Below are positions 48,628 through 58,820 of a stretch of 64,000 bases of DNA, piece after piece; positions within the stretch are counted from its first letter, which is position 1, and each line of letters begins with the position of its first letter. The stretch lies in IMG/VR virus record IMGVR_UViG_3300042352_001190, positions 13,578 to 77,577 of that record; one strand, written 5' to 3'. This DNA comes from a virus. Its lineage: Duplodnaviria > Heunggongvirae > Uroviricota > Caudoviricetes. A model generated the notes under the pieces. It saw nothing but the letters and a program-made list of their open reading frames with translations. It was not told the origin of the DNA and made no database searches. Both the position numbers and the translations under genes were made by a program.

Positions 48628-49800
48628 ATGAATAGTCTAGATACACAATACACAGATTTGCTTAAAACAATTTTAACTCATGGAGTTGAAAAGAGCGATC
48701 GAACTGGCACCGGAACCTTAAGCATTTTTGGCTATACTGTTCGTCATAATATGAAAGAAGGTTTTCCACTCTTAACTACTAAAAAGATGGCTTGGAAAAC
48801 TATGGTAACAGAATTAATTTGGTTTCTTCGTGGAGATACTAATATTCAATTCTTAGTTCAAAATGGTTGTAATATCTGGAATGGAGATGCATATAAAAAC
48901 TATGTAACTCAATTAGCAAAAGAGCATTCAAAATATTATATTCCAATGGAGATGCCAGCCTTTGTTGAACGTATTAAAACTGATGATGCATTTGCAAAAG
49001 AATTTGGAGAATTGGGTCCAATTTATGGTAGACAGTGGAGAAGTTGGGAAGGATTAAATTCCAATACAGATCAAATTGCGACTTTAATTAAAGACCTTAA
49101 AACAAATCCTGATTCAAGAAGATTAATGGTTAATGCTTGGAATGTTGGCGAGCTGAACAACATGGTTCTTCCTCCATGTCACTATGGTTTTCAACTCTAT
49201 ACGAAAGAATTAACTATTGCTGAACGAATTAAATGGGTAATGGAGAATACTGATGTTGAGCTAGAGAATGTTGCTATTACAGAACGAGCTTTTCATGAAT
49301 CAACTCCACAAAGATCAATCTCTCTAATGTGGAATCAGCGATCAGTTGATACATTCTTAGGTTTACCTTTTAATATTGCATCGTACGGTCTATTATTAGA
49401 GATTATTGCAAAGATGGTTAACATGGTTCCTGATCAATTAGTAGGAAATCTTGGAGATACTCATCTTTATCTAAATCATATTAATGCAGCAAAGGAACAA
49501 ATTGGATATCAATATAGTCTAGACGAAAGACGCGCAATGGTTACACAAGAGATGTTTAATGAAATTTATAATGGAGGAGACCCGAGTACCCTATCGCATT
49601 CAGAAATCGACCAGTGGGGTATTCCAAGAGTTAAGGATAGAGAATCTTTCTTTTTACCAACATTAAAACACATGAAGACCGATGAGTTTTATAAATCACT
49701 AGGCGAAGACCTAAGTTTAATTACACATTTAGATAATACTGATTTTGCAATTAAAAATTATAAATCTCACCCATCAATTAAAGCACCACTAAGTAATTAA
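48628..49800 (+). CDS. thyA: thymidylate synthase with three insertions
   Basis: DRTGTGTLSIFG, LIWFLRGDTN, DSRRLMVNAWNVGEL, LPPCHYGFQLY, FLGLPFNIASY and GDTHLY. Start set to the ATG at 48628 (MNSLDTQY). The product is ~390 aa versus 264 in E. coli. Confidence 0.85.
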   Translation: MNSLDTQYTDLLKTILTHGVEKSDRTGTGTLSIFGYTVRHNMKEGFPLLTTKKMAWKTMVTELIWFLRGDTNIQFLVQNGCNIWNGDAYKNYVTQLAKEHSKYYIPMEMPAFVERIKTDDAFAKEFGELGPIYGRQWRSWEGLNSNTDQIATLIKDLKTNPDSRRLMVNAWNVGELNNMVLPPCHYGFQLYTKELTIAERIKWVMENTDVELENVAITERAFHESTPQRSISLMWNQRSVDTFLGLPFNIASYGLLLEIIAKMVNMVPDQLVGNLGDTHLYLNHINAAKEQIGYQYSLDERRAMVTQEMFNEIYNGGDPSTLSHSEIDQWGIPRVKDRESFFLPTLKHMKTDEFYKSLGEDLSLITHLDNTDFAIKNYKSHPSIKAPLSN

Positions 49801-49801
49801 T

Positions 49802-50038
49802 ATGAAAACTCTTAAAATTAGATTTGTCAAAATATACGACTCATACACAGTTCAACAAAAAACTTGGTTTGGCTGGAAAGATCTTAGATATGTAGTTGAC
49901 ATGGGATATGGTTCAGTTTCCTATCCATATGGTGGAAAAACTAAAGAAGCTGCATTACTCGATGTGCTTGAAAATAAATTTAAGGCTGACCGAAGATTTA
50001 TTAAGGTTATTGAATATCCTACAATAAAAATATATTAA
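49802..50038 (+). CDS. hypothetical protein
   Basis: ORF track. Confidence 0.4.
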   Translation: MKTLKIRFVKIYDSYTVQQKTWFGWKDLRYVVDMGYGSVSYPYGGKTKEAALLDVLENKFKADRRFIKVIEYPTIKIY

Positions 50039-50060
50039 ACTTCAAGTTAAATAATCTTGA

Positions 50061-50306
50061 ATGCACATCCTAATATCGCCCGAAGAATTTGAACCAGAAT
50101 TTAGAAATAGTTGGAAAGCGGGAGTAATTTCACAGCCTTCTATCGACTATGCAACAAATGCAATCCATGTTTGGTTTGAGGGCAGGGACTGTATCTTATT
50201 TAAATTTAAAGACTATGGGTGGATTCATGATAATCGATTTAATACCTATACGATTGCAGCCGGTCCAGCTGGTATATTAATTCAAATAGCGAAAACAGGG
50301 GAATAA
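50061..50306 (+). CDS. hypothetical protein
   Basis: ORF track. Confidence 0.4.
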   Translation: MHILISPEEFEPEFRNSWKAGVISQPSIDYATNAIHVWFEGRDCILFKFKDYGWIHDNRFNTYTIAAGPAGILIQIAKTGE

Positions 50307-50314
50307 ATATTCCT

Positions 50315-50980
50315 ATGAAACGTATATTTTACATTTTGCTATTTTTGTTACCGGTGGTAGCATCAGCACAGACCCAAACCAAATTTGCTACAACTGATAC
50401 AGTTAGACTAAAGCATACAAACTACACAGCAGTTTTTTCAAAATCACTAAAGTACCCTATTCTTGTTGAATGGTGGACGACTAAAGCAATGGTAACTTGT
50501 CCAGCTCCACTTAAGAGAAAGGACGCATTTAAACCAGATCCACTTCTTCCAAATGAAACTAATATTGCTGCAGATTATGTTGGTTCAGGTACTGATAGAG
50601 GTCATATGATGCCAGCTGCAGACAATCTTTGCCAAACTCAATTGGTACAGGACGAATGTTTCTATTTTTCAAATATGTCAGCTCAATATCATTCGCTAAA
50701 TGCTGGAGACTGGAAGTCATTAGAGACTTATACTCGTCAAACTGCAGCCGTTGCAGATTCAGTTAAAGTATGGTGTGGCAATATTGGAGTTGCTAAAACT
50801 ATTGGTAAAGGTACAGCAGTTCCTACACATTGCTGGAAAGTCATCTATATTAAATCTAAAAATGAATGGCACGCTTATCTTTTTGCAAATACCACAAATA
50901 AACCAGATGGTATGCAAAATAACGAAGTCCCTGTAGCTCAAATCGAAAAGATCACTGGATTTAAGTTCAAAGTTAATTAA
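50315..50980 (+). CDS. secreted DNA/RNA non-specific endonuclease (Serratia NUC family)
   Basis: Signal peptide MKRIFYILLFLLPVVASAQ. GSGTDRGHMMPAADN holds the DRGH active-site motif. Confidence 0.7.
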   Translation: MKRIFYILLFLLPVVASAQTQTKFATTDTVRLKHTNYTAVFSKSLKYPILVEWWTTKAMVTCPAPLKRKDAFKPDPLLPNETNIAADYVGSGTDRGHMMPAADNLCQTQLVQDECFYFSNMSAQYHSLNAGDWKSLETYTRQTAAVADSVKVWCGNIGVAKTIGKGTAVPTHCWKVIYIKSKNEWHAYLFANTTNKPDGMQNNEVPVAQIEKITGFKFKVN

Positions 50981-50993
50981 ATTAGGTATAATA
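50981..50993 (+). promoter_or_regulatory. TTAGGTATAATA promoter-like motif
   Basis: attaggtataata lies 10-20 nt upstream of the next ATG. Confidence 0.45.
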
Positions 50994-51002
50994 TCCTAAA
51001 CA

Positions 51003-51650
51003 TTGACTGTTATGGATATTAAATTTGCAGATAGCTTTACTAAAAGCTTAAAAAAACTGATTTGGCACGAAAGTCGTGTCTATAAATTTTGGGCATTTTT
51101 TCGTTACGATATTTCCCGTTTTATTAAAAATGTTTGGCGGTTTAGAAAAGCCCTAAGCAACCACTATTGGTGGGATCATCATGGTACCTTAATGTTTATG
51201 GAAACTGCCTTGACCCACATGGCAGATAATCTAGAAAAACGAGGAATGGAAGTGGATGAATCTAGGCTAAAGAAGGTTTCTAAAATGCGCCGAGCAATTG
51301 AGATTATCAAAAACTACAATGAAAGTAATTATATTGAAATGGCTGAAGCTGAGTTAGGCCCAATTTATCATCATGAGTGGGAATTCGAACCAGTTCCAGA
51401 CAAACCGGAATATTTTCAATTGGTAGATAAAGATACGCCATCTGAACGTAAACACAATCGTAAAGTTTACGATAGAGCTCGCCAAATTGAAGAGCAGGAG
51501 TGGAAAGAATTATTTACAATCTTAGAAGGTCAAGACTATAAAAAGTTTAACACAATATTCAAAAAGGCCAGAAAAGAGGGTATGCGTGATGATCGCGATC
51601 TTTGGAATAATTGGTTTGACGGTAGTGGTTTAAAAGGCTGGTGGGACTAA
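51003..51650 (+). CDS. hypothetical protein
   Basis: ORF track. Confidence 0.45.
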   Translation: MTVMDIKFADSFTKSLKKLIWHESRVYKFWAFFRYDISRFIKNVWRFRKALSNHYWWDHHGTLMFMETALTHMADNLEKRGMEVDESRLKKVSKMRRAIEIIKNYNESNYIEMAEAELGPIYHHEWEFEPVPDKPEYFQLVDKDTPSERKHNRKVYDRARQIEEQEWKELFTILEGQDYKKFNTIFKKARKEGMRDDRDLWNNWFDGSGLKGWWD

Positions 51651-51651
51651 A

Positions 51652-51664
51652 ATTTAGTATAATA
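51652..51664 (+). promoter_or_regulatory. TTAGTATAATA promoter-like motif
   Basis: tttagtataatat. Confidence 0.45.
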
Positions 51665-51796
51665 TTATTATGGAAAAGCAACCTACTTTTAAAATATTTG
51701 TAAGAGAATACTGTAAGCGAAACAGCATTCCTCTATCTAAACTTATCCTAGATAGAAAATTGGCAACTAAAATCAGAAAAATTTATAACACAACAT

Positions 51797-52024
51797 ATGG
51801 AATCGAAATTAAAGAAATTGCCTAGTGGCGATATTACAGAGTTTGCAAAAGAGACTGCTCAAGCCATGATGCAGGCAATGGGTCAAGCTAAATTAATGGG
51901 TTTACTAAAAACCGATGATGATATGCTAGATCTTATGGCAGTTGGCATGGAAGAAGCATTTACTATATTAATTGAAAGAATGGAAGAACCAGAGGAGGGT
52001 ACTGAATCTAAAATTATTCTATAA
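51797..52024 (+). CDS. hypothetical acidic protein
   Basis: ORF track; an alternative 51-codon ORF at 51669..51824 overlaps it. Confidence 0.4.
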   Translation: MESKLKKLPSGDITEFAKETAQAMMQAMGQAKLMGLLKTDDDMLDLMAVGMEEAFTILIERMEEPEEGTESKIIL

Positions 52025-52653
52025 TGCGAAATTCCTCAACTCTTGATATTGTTCTTAAACGAACTCCCAAAAGCTTTTCGGCCAAGCCAAAACATGAGGA
52101 AGATACCGTAAAACCAAACTATGAATCATATGAAATTCTTAGTGAGGTTGCATTTAATTCTATTTTAACCCCACCCAAACTTGTGAAAACTCCAGGCTTT
52201 ATTAAAAGGTTCGTTAATCGTCTTGCATTTAAGTTTAAACGATATTTAGTTAATCAAAAACTAAAAAAGTTTTATTCAACTCGATCTGGAGTTGCAATTG
52301 ATGATAGAGCTGCTCTTGCAATAAAAGCCCTTGATGTTTCGCTTAAGGACCCAAAGAATACTCTGTTAATTGCACCAACAAGCGGTGCACGATATGTACA
52401 AACCCCAAACGCACATGTCTTTATTATTCTTAAATATCAGACTATAATTTTATCAAATCACCAATACTATTATGAAATTGCAATTTCACAAACGGTATTT
52501 GATTATCTACTTGATAGATTTGATAGAATGATCGAAAGTCGTCGCAGACAAATGGAGAAAAAAATGCTCCATAATTCAAAGACAACACTAGAACAAGCTG
52601 TTGCAAGTTTAGAAGGCAAAATGCTTAAACATACTAATAAAAATCCACGATAA
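52024..52653 (+). CDS. hypothetical basic protein
   Basis: ORF track; immediately upstream of the Clp ATPase. Confidence 0.45.
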   Translation: MRNSSTLDIVLKRTPKSFSAKPKHEEDTVKPNYESYEILSEVAFNSILTPPKLVKTPGFIKRFVNRLAFKFKRYLVNQKLKKFYSTRSGVAIDDRAALAIKALDVSLKDPKNTLLIAPTSGARYVQTPNAHVFIILKYQTIILSNHQYYYEIAISQTVFDYLLDRFDRMIESRRRQMEKKMLHNSKTTLEQAVASLEGKMLKHTNKNPR

Positions 52654-52659
52654 TATACT

Positions 52660-54651
52660 ATGTCAAAAAGAGACACACGAACACCAGTCCTAGATAATTT
52701 CGGAAAGGACCTTACCCAACTTGCGCTTGAAGGAAGAATGGATCCAGTAATTGGCCGTCTTGCTGAAGTTAAAAGATGCAGTCAAATCTTATCTAGACGT
52801 AAAAAGAATAATCCGATTCTAATTGGAGAACCTGGTGTTGGTAAAACTGCAATTGTTGAAGGTATCGCAAAGATGATTGTTGAAAAAACCTGCCCTAGAG
52901 TTCTTTTTGACAAAAAGATTATTGCACTTGAAATTAGCACATTGGTTGCAGGTACAAAATATCGTGGTCAATTTGAGGAGAGAATGGAGGCAATTATTAA
53001 TGAAGTAAGTGCCAATCCAAATATTATTCTATTCATTGATGAAATTCATACAATGGTTGGAGCTGGTTCAGCAAGCGGTTCCCTTGATGCAGCTAATATC
53101 CTAAAACCTGCACTTTCTCGTGGAGAAATTCAGTGCATCGGCGCAACTACTCTAGATGAATATAGAGAATCAATTGAAAAGGATGGAGCGCTAAATCGTC
53201 GTTTTCAACAAGTACTGGTTGAGCAATCTACGCCAGAACAGACTCGTCAAATTCTTGAAAATATTAAAGAATATTATGAAAGCCACCACTCAGTTAAGTA
53301 TAGCGATTCTGCACTAGACTCATGTGTAAAATTAGCCGATCGTTACTTAACAGAAAGATTTTTTCCAGATAAGGCAATCGATTTATTAGACGAAGCTGGC
53401 GCAAATGTACATATTGATGGCATTGTAGTTCCACAAAAAATTAGAGAATTAGAAGAAGAGCTTGGAGAAATTTCAAAAAATAAACGTAGTGCAGTTGAGT
53501 CACAAAAATACGAAGCTGCTGCTAAATTAAGAGATGCTGAGCGTGATCAACTTGCTAAAATTGATGAAGCTAAAGTTGAGTGGGAAAAAACCCTAAAGGA
53601 TAATCGTCTTGAAGTAGATGATCGTAAAATTGCTGAAGTTGTTGCAACAATGACAGGTATTCCTGTATCAAAGCTTACACAAACTGATCTTGAAAAAATT
53701 GCATCGCTTGAAGCAGACTTAACTAAAAGAGTTATTGGTCAAGAAGAGGCAATTAAAAAATTGGCTAGAGCAATTAAACGTAGTAGAGCAAATATTGCAT
53801 CTCGCAAAAAACCAATTGGAACATTTATGTTTTTGGGCCCAACTGGAGTTGGAAAAACCGAATTAGCTAAAGCTCTAGCTCATGAAATGTTTGATTCTGA
53901 AGAAAATATTATTAGGGTCGATATGAATGAGTATGGAGAGAAATTTACAGCTTCTAAAATGATGGGAGCGCCTCCAGGCTATGTTGGTTACGAAGAGGGT
54001 GGTCAATTAACTGAAAAAGTTCGTAGAAAGCCATATTCAGTAGTTCTATTAGACGAAATTGAAAAAGCCCATCCAGATATTTTCAATAATCTACTCCAAA
54101 TCCTTGATGAAGGCTATGCTGTTGATGGAAGAGGCCGAAAAATCAACTTTAGAAACACGGTTATTATTATGACGTCTAATGTTGGTGTAAAAGACATGCA
54201 AGATCGTGGAGTTGGTATTGGATTTGCAACCGCAAACAATATTGAAAAGGAAAAGGCACTTGCAAAGAGTATTTTAGACAAAGCTCTTAAAAATAAGTTC
54301 CAACCAGAGTTTCTAAACCGTGTAGATGATATTATTATCTTTGATTCTCTAGAAAAAGCTGAAATTGGTCAAATTTTAGAAATTGAAATTAAAGATTTGT
54401 TAGCAAGATCACTAGAAAATGGTTATACTTTTGAATTAGATCAAGCGGCTAAAGATTTTATTATTGAGCATGGATATGATGAGAAATATGGAGCACGTCC
54501 TATTAAAAGAATGGTTCAAAATCATATCGAAGATCTCCTAGCTGAACTTTGGATAGATGGTAAGCTAAAAGACAATGGTCATGTTAAGATTACTGTCTCA
54601 GAGGACAGTAATGGACTAAAAGAGTCAAGTATAGAGGACCGATCTAGATAA
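52660..54651 (+). CDS. Clp/Hsp100 AAA+ unfoldase with two ATPase domains and a ClpP-docking IGF loop, lacking the N-terminal Clp_N domain
   Basis: D1 LDNFGKDLTQLALEGRMDPVIGR ... GEPGVGKTAIVEGIA. D2 GPTGVGKTELAKALA. Sensor-2 GARPIKRMVQ. An IGF loop RGVGIGFATAN follows TSNVG, as in ClpA/ClpC. Confidence 0.8.
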   Translation: MSKRDTRTPVLDNFGKDLTQLALEGRMDPVIGRLAEVKRCSQILSRRKKNNPILIGEPGVGKTAIVEGIAKMIVEKTCPRVLFDKKIIALEISTLVAGTKYRGQFEERMEAIINEVSANPNIILFIDEIHTMVGAGSASGSLDAANILKPALSRGEIQCIGATTLDEYRESIEKDGALNRRFQQVLVEQSTPEQTRQILENIKEYYESHHSVKYSDSALDSCVKLADRYLTERFFPDKAIDLLDEAGANVHIDGIVVPQKIRELEEELGEISKNKRSAVESQKYEAAAKLRDAERDQLAKIDEAKVEWEKTLKDNRLEVDDRKIAEVVATMTGIPVSKLTQTDLEKIASLEADLTKRVIGQEEAIKKLARAIKRSRANIASRKKPIGTFMFLGPTGVGKTELAKALAHEMFDSEENIIRVDMNEYGEKFTASKMMGAPPGYVGYEEGGQLTEKVRRKPYSVVLLDEIEKAHPDIFNNLLQILDEGYAVDGRGRKINFRNTVIIMTSNVGVKDMQDRGVGIGFATANNIEKEKALAKSILDKALKNKFQPEFLNRVDDIIIFDSLEKAEIGQILEIEIKDLLARSLENGYTFELDQAAKDFIIEHGYDEKYGARPIKRMVQNHIEDLLAELWIDGKLKDNGHVKITVSEDSNGLKESSIEDRSR

Positions 54652-54675
54652 ATAACCATGAAATAACTATTTAAA

Positions 54676-55893
54676 ATGGGAAAATTTTCTAATAAAGACC
54701 TACCTTCTTTCTTAAAGAAGGCAAACTACTACTCAGAAGATGAGCAGTTTGATGGAGAAACTGGCAGAAATCCAGAAGTAACAGAAGACTGTGAAACTTG
54801 TGGTCAAGAACCTCAGGTTGTTGAAAATAAAGTATTAAGATTTGCAGATTTCTTAACTGAAAAGAAGAAATACAATCCTAAATACGATAAAGATGGTGAT
54901 GGCGATAATGACTTTGAAGATTACAAAGCATTTAAAACTGATGCTATCAAAAAGAAAAAGCCTGTTGCTATTAAAGAAGGCGTAATGTCTGAACTTGATA
55001 TTTTAGCAAAAGAATCTAAAACTTTCAAGAGTTTTGTTAGAGCATTTAAAAAAGAATACAGTAACCTAAATTCTGGTGATAATAAAGAGCTAGAAGGTTG
55101 GTTAAAATCTGTATACGATGCAGCAAAAGTAAATGAATCATGGGATCCTAGAGATGCTTATGAATATGGAGCTACTTCAAACTGTTGCGGAGCTTCAGTT
55201 ATGATGGGTGATATTTGTTCAGACTGTGGCGAACACTGCGAAGCTGAATATTGGGATGAAGAAGGAGATGGCGAAGAGCCAGAAACATTTGGACCAAGAA
55301 ATGAAGGTCATACTTGCCATGATGGTAAGAAAATGATGATATCTGAAGCTGCTCACCACTTAATTGAGTCAATTTGTGAATCTACTTGTTCAGATGCTTC
55401 AATGTACGAAGACGATGAAGATCCTGAACATAAATTTGAAGGTTATATTAATGAAGCTTGTGCATATATGGAAAAGTGTATGTATGAAATGGTTGATGAT
55501 GGTATGACAATTAATGAAGGTTGGAATAACGAATCAGCTTGTTATGAATCAACTTGCGAAATGGTTAAAGAAGTTTGCGAAAAACTTTGTAGCGAAGCTT
55601 TAGAAATTCATAATGATGAAACTCCAGTTGAATATAACGAGTATGTTGCTGAAGCAATTGGTTGTTATAAAAATGGTCTAATGGAATGTGGTTCAGGTTG
55701 GTCTGGAAACATGGGAATGTATGAGGCTGAAGAATCACATAAAGCAGTATATGCAAAAGTTACACAATGGTTAGCTGATCCAAAAAACCAAGAGCTTACT
55801 TTAAAAATGTCAAAGGAAGACCAGGCTGATATGATTGGTATTACACCAGAACAATATGAAAAAGCTGTTTCTCAACTTAAAACCTCAATATAA
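54676..55893 (+). CDS. acidic Cys/Met/Glu-rich protein (possible metal-binding)
   Basis: About 30 Cys in CxxC-type and CE/CY-type clusters: CETCGQEP, CCGASVMMGDICSDCGEHCEAEY, CESTCSDA, ACAYMEKCMYEM. Very acidic. Confidence 0.5.
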   Translation: MGKFSNKDLPSFLKKANYYSEDEQFDGETGRNPEVTEDCETCGQEPQVVENKVLRFADFLTEKKKYNPKYDKDGDGDNDFEDYKAFKTDAIKKKKPVAIKEGVMSELDILAKESKTFKSFVRAFKKEYSNLNSGDNKELEGWLKSVYDAAKVNESWDPRDAYEYGATSNCCGASVMMGDICSDCGEHCEAEYWDEEGDGEEPETFGPRNEGHTCHDGKKMMISEAAHHLIESICESTCSDASMYEDDEDPEHKFEGYINEACAYMEKCMYEMVDDGMTINEGWNNESACYESTCEMVKEVCEKLCSEALEIHNDETPVEYNEYVAEAIGCYKNGLMECGSGWSGNMGMYEAEESHKAVYAKVTQWLADPKNQELTLKMSKEDQADMIGITPEQYEKAVSQLKTSI

Positions 55894-55926
55894 GCAGATC
55901 TTACCAGTCGGAAGAACCTGATCGAA

Positions 55927-55956
55927 AAACGCAAGGCCCTAAGCTTTGCGTTTTTT
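55927..55956 (+). terminator. rho-independent terminator
   Basis: acgcaa ggccctaagct ttgcgt hairpin followed by a T6 run. Confidence 0.6.
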
Positions 55957-56029
55957 GCTTTTATTAGTCCAGAATTAGTATATTTACATTGAATAACTGG
56001 CTAAATAAATAACAAAAAATAGTAGGCCA

Positions 56030-57373
56030 GTGCAAAGAGTAAACGAAATGGCATTTTCTAGAGATAATTCAATTATTATATTCGATTTAGATGATACGCT
56101 AGTTGTCACTAATGCAAAGATTATAGTTAAGGACGCCTTGACTGGCAAAACATTTGATCTTACTCCACAGGAGTTTAATGAATATGAAAAGGAACCTCAT
56201 CATGAGGTTGACTACAACCAATTTAATGATGCTAATATCTTAAAGGCTGGTCGATTGGTTGAATGGGTACTTAATATATTACGTACTGCGTATGAATCTG
56301 GGACCGCTGTCGGGATTATTACAGCTAGAGATAATAAGAAATTAGTCAGAGAATTCCTATTGTCCCATGGTATCGATATTCACCCTAATTTAATTTACGC
56401 AGTAAGCGATCCAGACTTTGGATTTGATGGAACTATTGCAGAAAAGAAAAAAGAAGCATTTCGTAAATTAATGGCAAAAGGCTTTACTCATTTTACATTT
56501 TATGATGATGATCGTAAAAACCTAGAACTTGCAAAAAGTCTAGAAGACGAGTTTAGCGAAATTACAATGAAGACCAGAAAAATTGGTCGTACTCAAGTTC
56601 CAAAATTAGATATTAAAACTGTAGGTATATTTAGTGGTAAATTCAAACCACCTCATGCCGGTCACTATGAAGCAATTGCAAAAATTGCAGAAGAAAATGA
56701 CGAGGTACATGTGTTTATTTCCAAGACAGAAATGGCTGGAATTACTGGCAAAGCTGCAATGGATGTACTTGATTATTACTTAGAAGATTTTGATAACGTT
56801 GAATTACACCTATCAGAAGTTACGCCAGTTAGAAGCGGATATGAATTTGTTGAAGCTCTAGGCCAAACTCAATATGCTCCAAATACAGTTGTAAATCTTT
56901 ATGCAACTGAACAAGATATGCCTAGATGGGCTGCCATGGAGAAGTGGAGAGGATCTATTTCTAAAATTAACCGAATTACAACAGAAAGACCAGAATTTGG
57001 TGGAAACTCTGGAGCAGAAGGAGATGACGATGGAGTTTCTGGAACCTTAATGAGAGAGTTTTGGTTAGCTCAAGATTTTGATAGTTTTGCACAGGGGATC
57101 CCTGAAGGAAAGGATCCTAAAAAGGTATGGATGATATTAGGTGGAAAGATTGAAGAGGACCTGCTAACCCCAGAGTTACTCAGAGACCGCAAGAAAAGCA
57201 ATCCAGATATGGATGATATGCCACCGGAAAGAGCTCCACAAAGAGTTGCCGGAACTATGAGAGTACCATCTCAATGGGGTGCATATAGAGGAAGTCGTCA
57301 AGAACTTGGAGCAAATCCTGGTTCTGGAACAACCCACGTAAAAAGTTTTTCGGACTATCTTTCCGATAAATAA
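56030..57373 (+). CDS. bifunctional HAD-family phosphatase / nicotinamide-mononucleotide adenylyltransferase-like (NadM-type) protein
   Basis: N-domain IIIFDLDDTLVV is a DxDxT motif. C-domain VGIFSGKFKPPHAGH is the GxFxPxHxGH motif, and GVSGTLMRE is the ISGTxIR motif of archaeal-type NMNAT. Confidence 0.6.
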   Translation: MQRVNEMAFSRDNSIIIFDLDDTLVVTNAKIIVKDALTGKTFDLTPQEFNEYEKEPHHEVDYNQFNDANILKAGRLVEWVLNILRTAYESGTAVGIITARDNKKLVREFLLSHGIDIHPNLIYAVSDPDFGFDGTIAEKKKEAFRKLMAKGFTHFTFYDDDRKNLELAKSLEDEFSEITMKTRKIGRTQVPKLDIKTVGIFSGKFKPPHAGHYEAIAKIAEENDEVHVFISKTEMAGITGKAAMDVLDYYLEDFDNVELHLSEVTPVRSGYEFVEALGQTQYAPNTVVNLYATEQDMPRWAAMEKWRGSISKINRITTERPEFGGNSGAEGDDDGVSGTLMREFWLAQDFDSFAQGIPEGKDPKKVWMILGGKIEEDLLTPELLRDRKKSNPDMDDMPPERAPQRVAGTMRVPSQWGAYRGSRQELGANPGSGTTHVKSFSDYLSDK

Positions 57374-57393
57374 TAAAAAGAACTAAATTAAAA

Positions 57394-57621
57394 ATGGTTA
57401 AGTCATTTCAAAACTACTTTGGTCTAAATGAAGATGCAGCAGCAGATTTAGTTGCCTTAAATCAACAAGAAGCAACTGCAATGCAAAAAGTATTAGATTC
57501 TCAAAAAGAACTTGATGCAATTAGATTAAAGATTGCTGAGGCTAATAAACTTAAGACTGAAGAGGACAAAAAGAAAGCAGAAGCCGCTAAACTTACAGCA
57601 GCTCAGGCACCAGTTGCCTAA
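57394..57621 (+). CDS. small coiled-coil protein
   Basis: ORF track; Ala/Lys/Glu-rich helix. Confidence 0.4.
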   Translation: MVKSFQNYFGLNEDAAADLVALNQQEATAMQKVLDSQKELDAIRLKIAEANKLKTEEDKKKAEAAKLTAAQAPVA

Positions 57622-57640
57622 CTAAAATAACGCAAAACGC

Positions 57641-58375
57641 GTGACTAGACAAGAATTAATATCAGATATTATCGATGAAGTAACGTTTTCGGGATCCCTT
57701 CCATATCAACTTCCAACTAAAGAGGTAGAAAGGGTTATAAAAAATGCCGAAGCCTTTTTCTATGATAATTGGCAATATGCTCTAGATAAAGCGTATTTGC
57801 AAATCCCAATCGAGGTATTTAGTGCAGCACAATTTAAAGATAGTCGTACTATTACTTTACCAGATTGCGTACAGTTTGTACATAAAGCAGTTGAACCAAC
57901 TGGAGCTTCTGTATTCTCAACAATGGATAGAGACTTTGGTGAAAACAAATTTGTTGGAGCAGAAATGTTTTTAACGCCATTTGTTGGAGAATCATTAATG
58001 TATAGAACTGTAATGTTTTCATTCCTAGATTTAACCAGAGCATTTCTGTTAGATACTATTGCATACGATTATAATAAAAACACTAAACAATTAACAGTTC
58101 TTGGTAGAACTCCAAAAAGAGGAGCTGTTCTAGAAGTTGCAAAAAAGATTGATCCATCTAATCTATATGAAGATGAAATGTTTCAGCGTTATTGTAGAGC
58201 AAAGTCTAAACAACGCCTTGGTGAAATGATTACTACATTTGATTATGTTTTACCTGGAGATGTTAAAATAAATTACACCAACTTAGTAACAAAAGCTGAT
58301 ACTGAAATGACAGCAGTTTTAGAAGCAATTAAAGGAGAAAACTCTGCAGGTTGGATGTATACAATGAGATTCTAA
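57641..58375 (+). CDS. hypothetical protein (GTG start)
   Basis: ORF track. Confidence 0.45.
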   Translation: MTRQELISDIIDEVTFSGSLPYQLPTKEVERVIKNAEAFFYDNWQYALDKAYLQIPIEVFSAAQFKDSRTITLPDCVQFVHKAVEPTGASVFSTMDRDFGENKFVGAEMFLTPFVGESLMYRTVMFSFLDLTRAFLLDTIAYDYNKNTKQLTVLGRTPKRGAVLEVAKKIDPSNLYEDEMFQRYCRAKSKQRLGEMITTFDYVLPGDVKINYTNLVTKADTEMTAVLEAIKGENSAGWMYTMRF

Positions 58376-58376
58376 T

Positions 58377-58754
58377 ATGATTACTGATATCTACATAAAA
58401 CACGAAAATGATCCTGGATATAATGCTGAGTCAATAGTTGAACAGGAAGAAATTCAGATTCTACTTGCTCAAATTAAAATGACCTTAATGACGCCAAAAA
58501 ATTCAGTATTGGGAGAAAATCAATATGGAGTAGATGAAGATAAATTTTTGTTTACATTTTCAAACTCATTTGATACGATTGGAATCGAAAATACAATTAG
58601 AACTCAATTACAAGATCACTGTACTCTTCTAAAAAATAGAAACTGGACAGCAAAGGCTTATATTATGCCAGATGGAATTGACCAAAATAGAGATGCGATT
58701 CATATTATGCTAACAATTGACGAAAGTGTTAGGTTTGTTATTGCATATTCATAA
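58377..58754 (+). CDS. hypothetical protein
   Basis: ORF track; its size class resembles small baseplate/lysozyme-like structural proteins, with no motif support. Confidence 0.4.
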   Translation: MITDIYIKHENDPGYNAESIVEQEEIQILLAQIKMTLMTPKNSVLGENQYGVDEDKFLFTFSNSFDTIGIENTIRTQLQDHCTLLKNRNWTAKAYIMPDGIDQNRDAIHIMLTIDESVRFVIAYS

Positions 58755-58775
58755 TTAAAACTATTATAAAAAGAA

Positions 58776-58800
58776 AAAGCCGCATTAGCGGCTTTTTTTA
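58776..58800. terminator. bidirectional rho-independent terminator between convergent gene blocks
   Basis: aaaaagccgc atta gcggcttttttt. Confidence 0.8.
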
Positions 58801-58820
58801 TGTAGTAAATGATGGATTAA